A model generated the notes under the pieces. That model was not told the origin of the DNA. It saw only the letters and a program-made list of their open reading frames with translations, and searched no databases. A DNA stretch of 50,563 nt from Trypethelium eluteriae (lineage: Eukaryota): NCBI GenBank assembly GCA_051942245.1, contig JAVECL010000117.1, forward strand, positions 1 to 50,563, given 5' to 3'. Shown here in pieces: positions 49,653-50,563 of this stretch. The translations under genes and the position numbers were made by a program. Position 1 is the stretch's first letter. Each line of letters opens with the position of its first letter.

Positions 49653-50211
49653 GGAATCGGGGGGAGAGATGGAGAGAGGATCAGGAAATCAAGGAGACCC
49701 TAGCGGGAGAAGAAACTAGAAGTGTAGAGATGTATCGATTAAGGAGTCTACCTCCTCAGATAAATAAAATATACACTAAGTCACACTTCAGATCCAAAAG
49801 GGGGAAGCAAATGAGAGTTCAGTCTACTCGCGCAACGCGAGGCACGATCCCGCTTGTGACAAATGAAACCCGCCGAGCAATTTGATGTGCTTATATGATG
49901 AAGATACAAGACTCCGGTCCCATCCACTCCATTCCACTCTGCGGTTATGGTATCCCATGCCCAAGCAAAGGAGCCGAAGAGCGCCTGTCCCAGATTCACA
50001 GCACCCATCAGAGAGAGCAGAAATGATTGACACTATAGGAGATTCGAGCCAGCCAGGGCAACAAAGAGATTAGACATTGAGAGCAAAGGAAGCAAATGAA
50101 AGGGTCCCAAGACAGGGATGAGAACTTCAGAATGAGGGGGAAAGGGAAGAAGCAGTGAGCGCATATAGATAGCATAGGAAATGTTGTAAGATAAGTATAA
50201 TAGGAGAGCCT

Positions 50212-50563
50212 TCATTCTCCCTCCGTATGCCTCGACATCCTCGACAGTGACCTCGACGCTGAATGCCGATGCGAATTCCGACTCGACACGCTCAAATTTC
50301 GCTTCCCATCGCGTGTCAAGGAGCCGACGTCGTGCTTGCCTAGTCCCAACAATTAGCATTCCATCGTACCTTCTCAAAAGAGCAACATCCAGGCAGAGAG
50401 ACATACCATCACAACAAGCCCTAACATTCTCCAACCGATCCGCCTCCCTCTCCTGCCGCTCAATCACCCTTCGCAAATCCTCCGCACTATCCTGCACCGA
50501 CCCATGCCCGTTCTCCCCAGCCCCTCCCTCATACACCCCGCTCTCCCTCTCCCTCTCCCTCTC
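50212..50563 (-). CDS. 3' end of a coiled-coil hypothetical protein entering from beyond the window
   Basis: ..ERERER..LRRVIERQEREADRLENVRACCDG| intron ~50406-50340 (GTATGT..CTAAT..TAG) |KHDVGSLTRDGKRNLS..TEGE* with the stop at 50212. Confidence 0.55.

Noticed and set aside
50033..50536. 167-aa ORF as given in the track
   Set aside because: Reads through a clear intron; the spliced model changes frame and stops at 50212.

Overview
Intron-rich filamentous ascomycete (Pezizomycotina-type) nuclear DNA, with GT-AG introns of about 45-90 nt and CTRAY branch points. I could model about 25 protein-coding genes by hand. Housekeeping genes lie at both ends: a succinyl-CoA-ligase-like alpha-beta fusion, BCAT and a SCY1-like pseudokinase on the left, and an INO80-module-like protein, RMD1, PIK1, NIP7 and NOC3 on the right. 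A central accessory block (19.7-36.1 kb) holds an acyltransferase-3, a LaeA-like methyltransferase, two P450s, an NmrA-like reductase, a Zn2Cys6 factor, a methyltransferase-like protein and an SDR, with no PKS, NRPS or terpene synthase. The most notable observations are: (i) a shattered MAT1-2-1-like HMG-box relic, keeping its diagnostic intron, between PIK1 and NIP7 and split by a triple tandem repeat; (ii) a highly structured ~400-nt candidate ncRNA at 361-760; (iii) the SCS alpha-beta fusion, which has a presequence-like internal linker and a deleted ATP-grasp segment; (iv) two introns whose predicted acceptor reads GG instead of AG; (v) a GC-AG intron, a structured 212-nt intron and a carboxylesterase relic. 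Exon boundaries were inferred by eye and family assignments come from motif recognition, not database searches.
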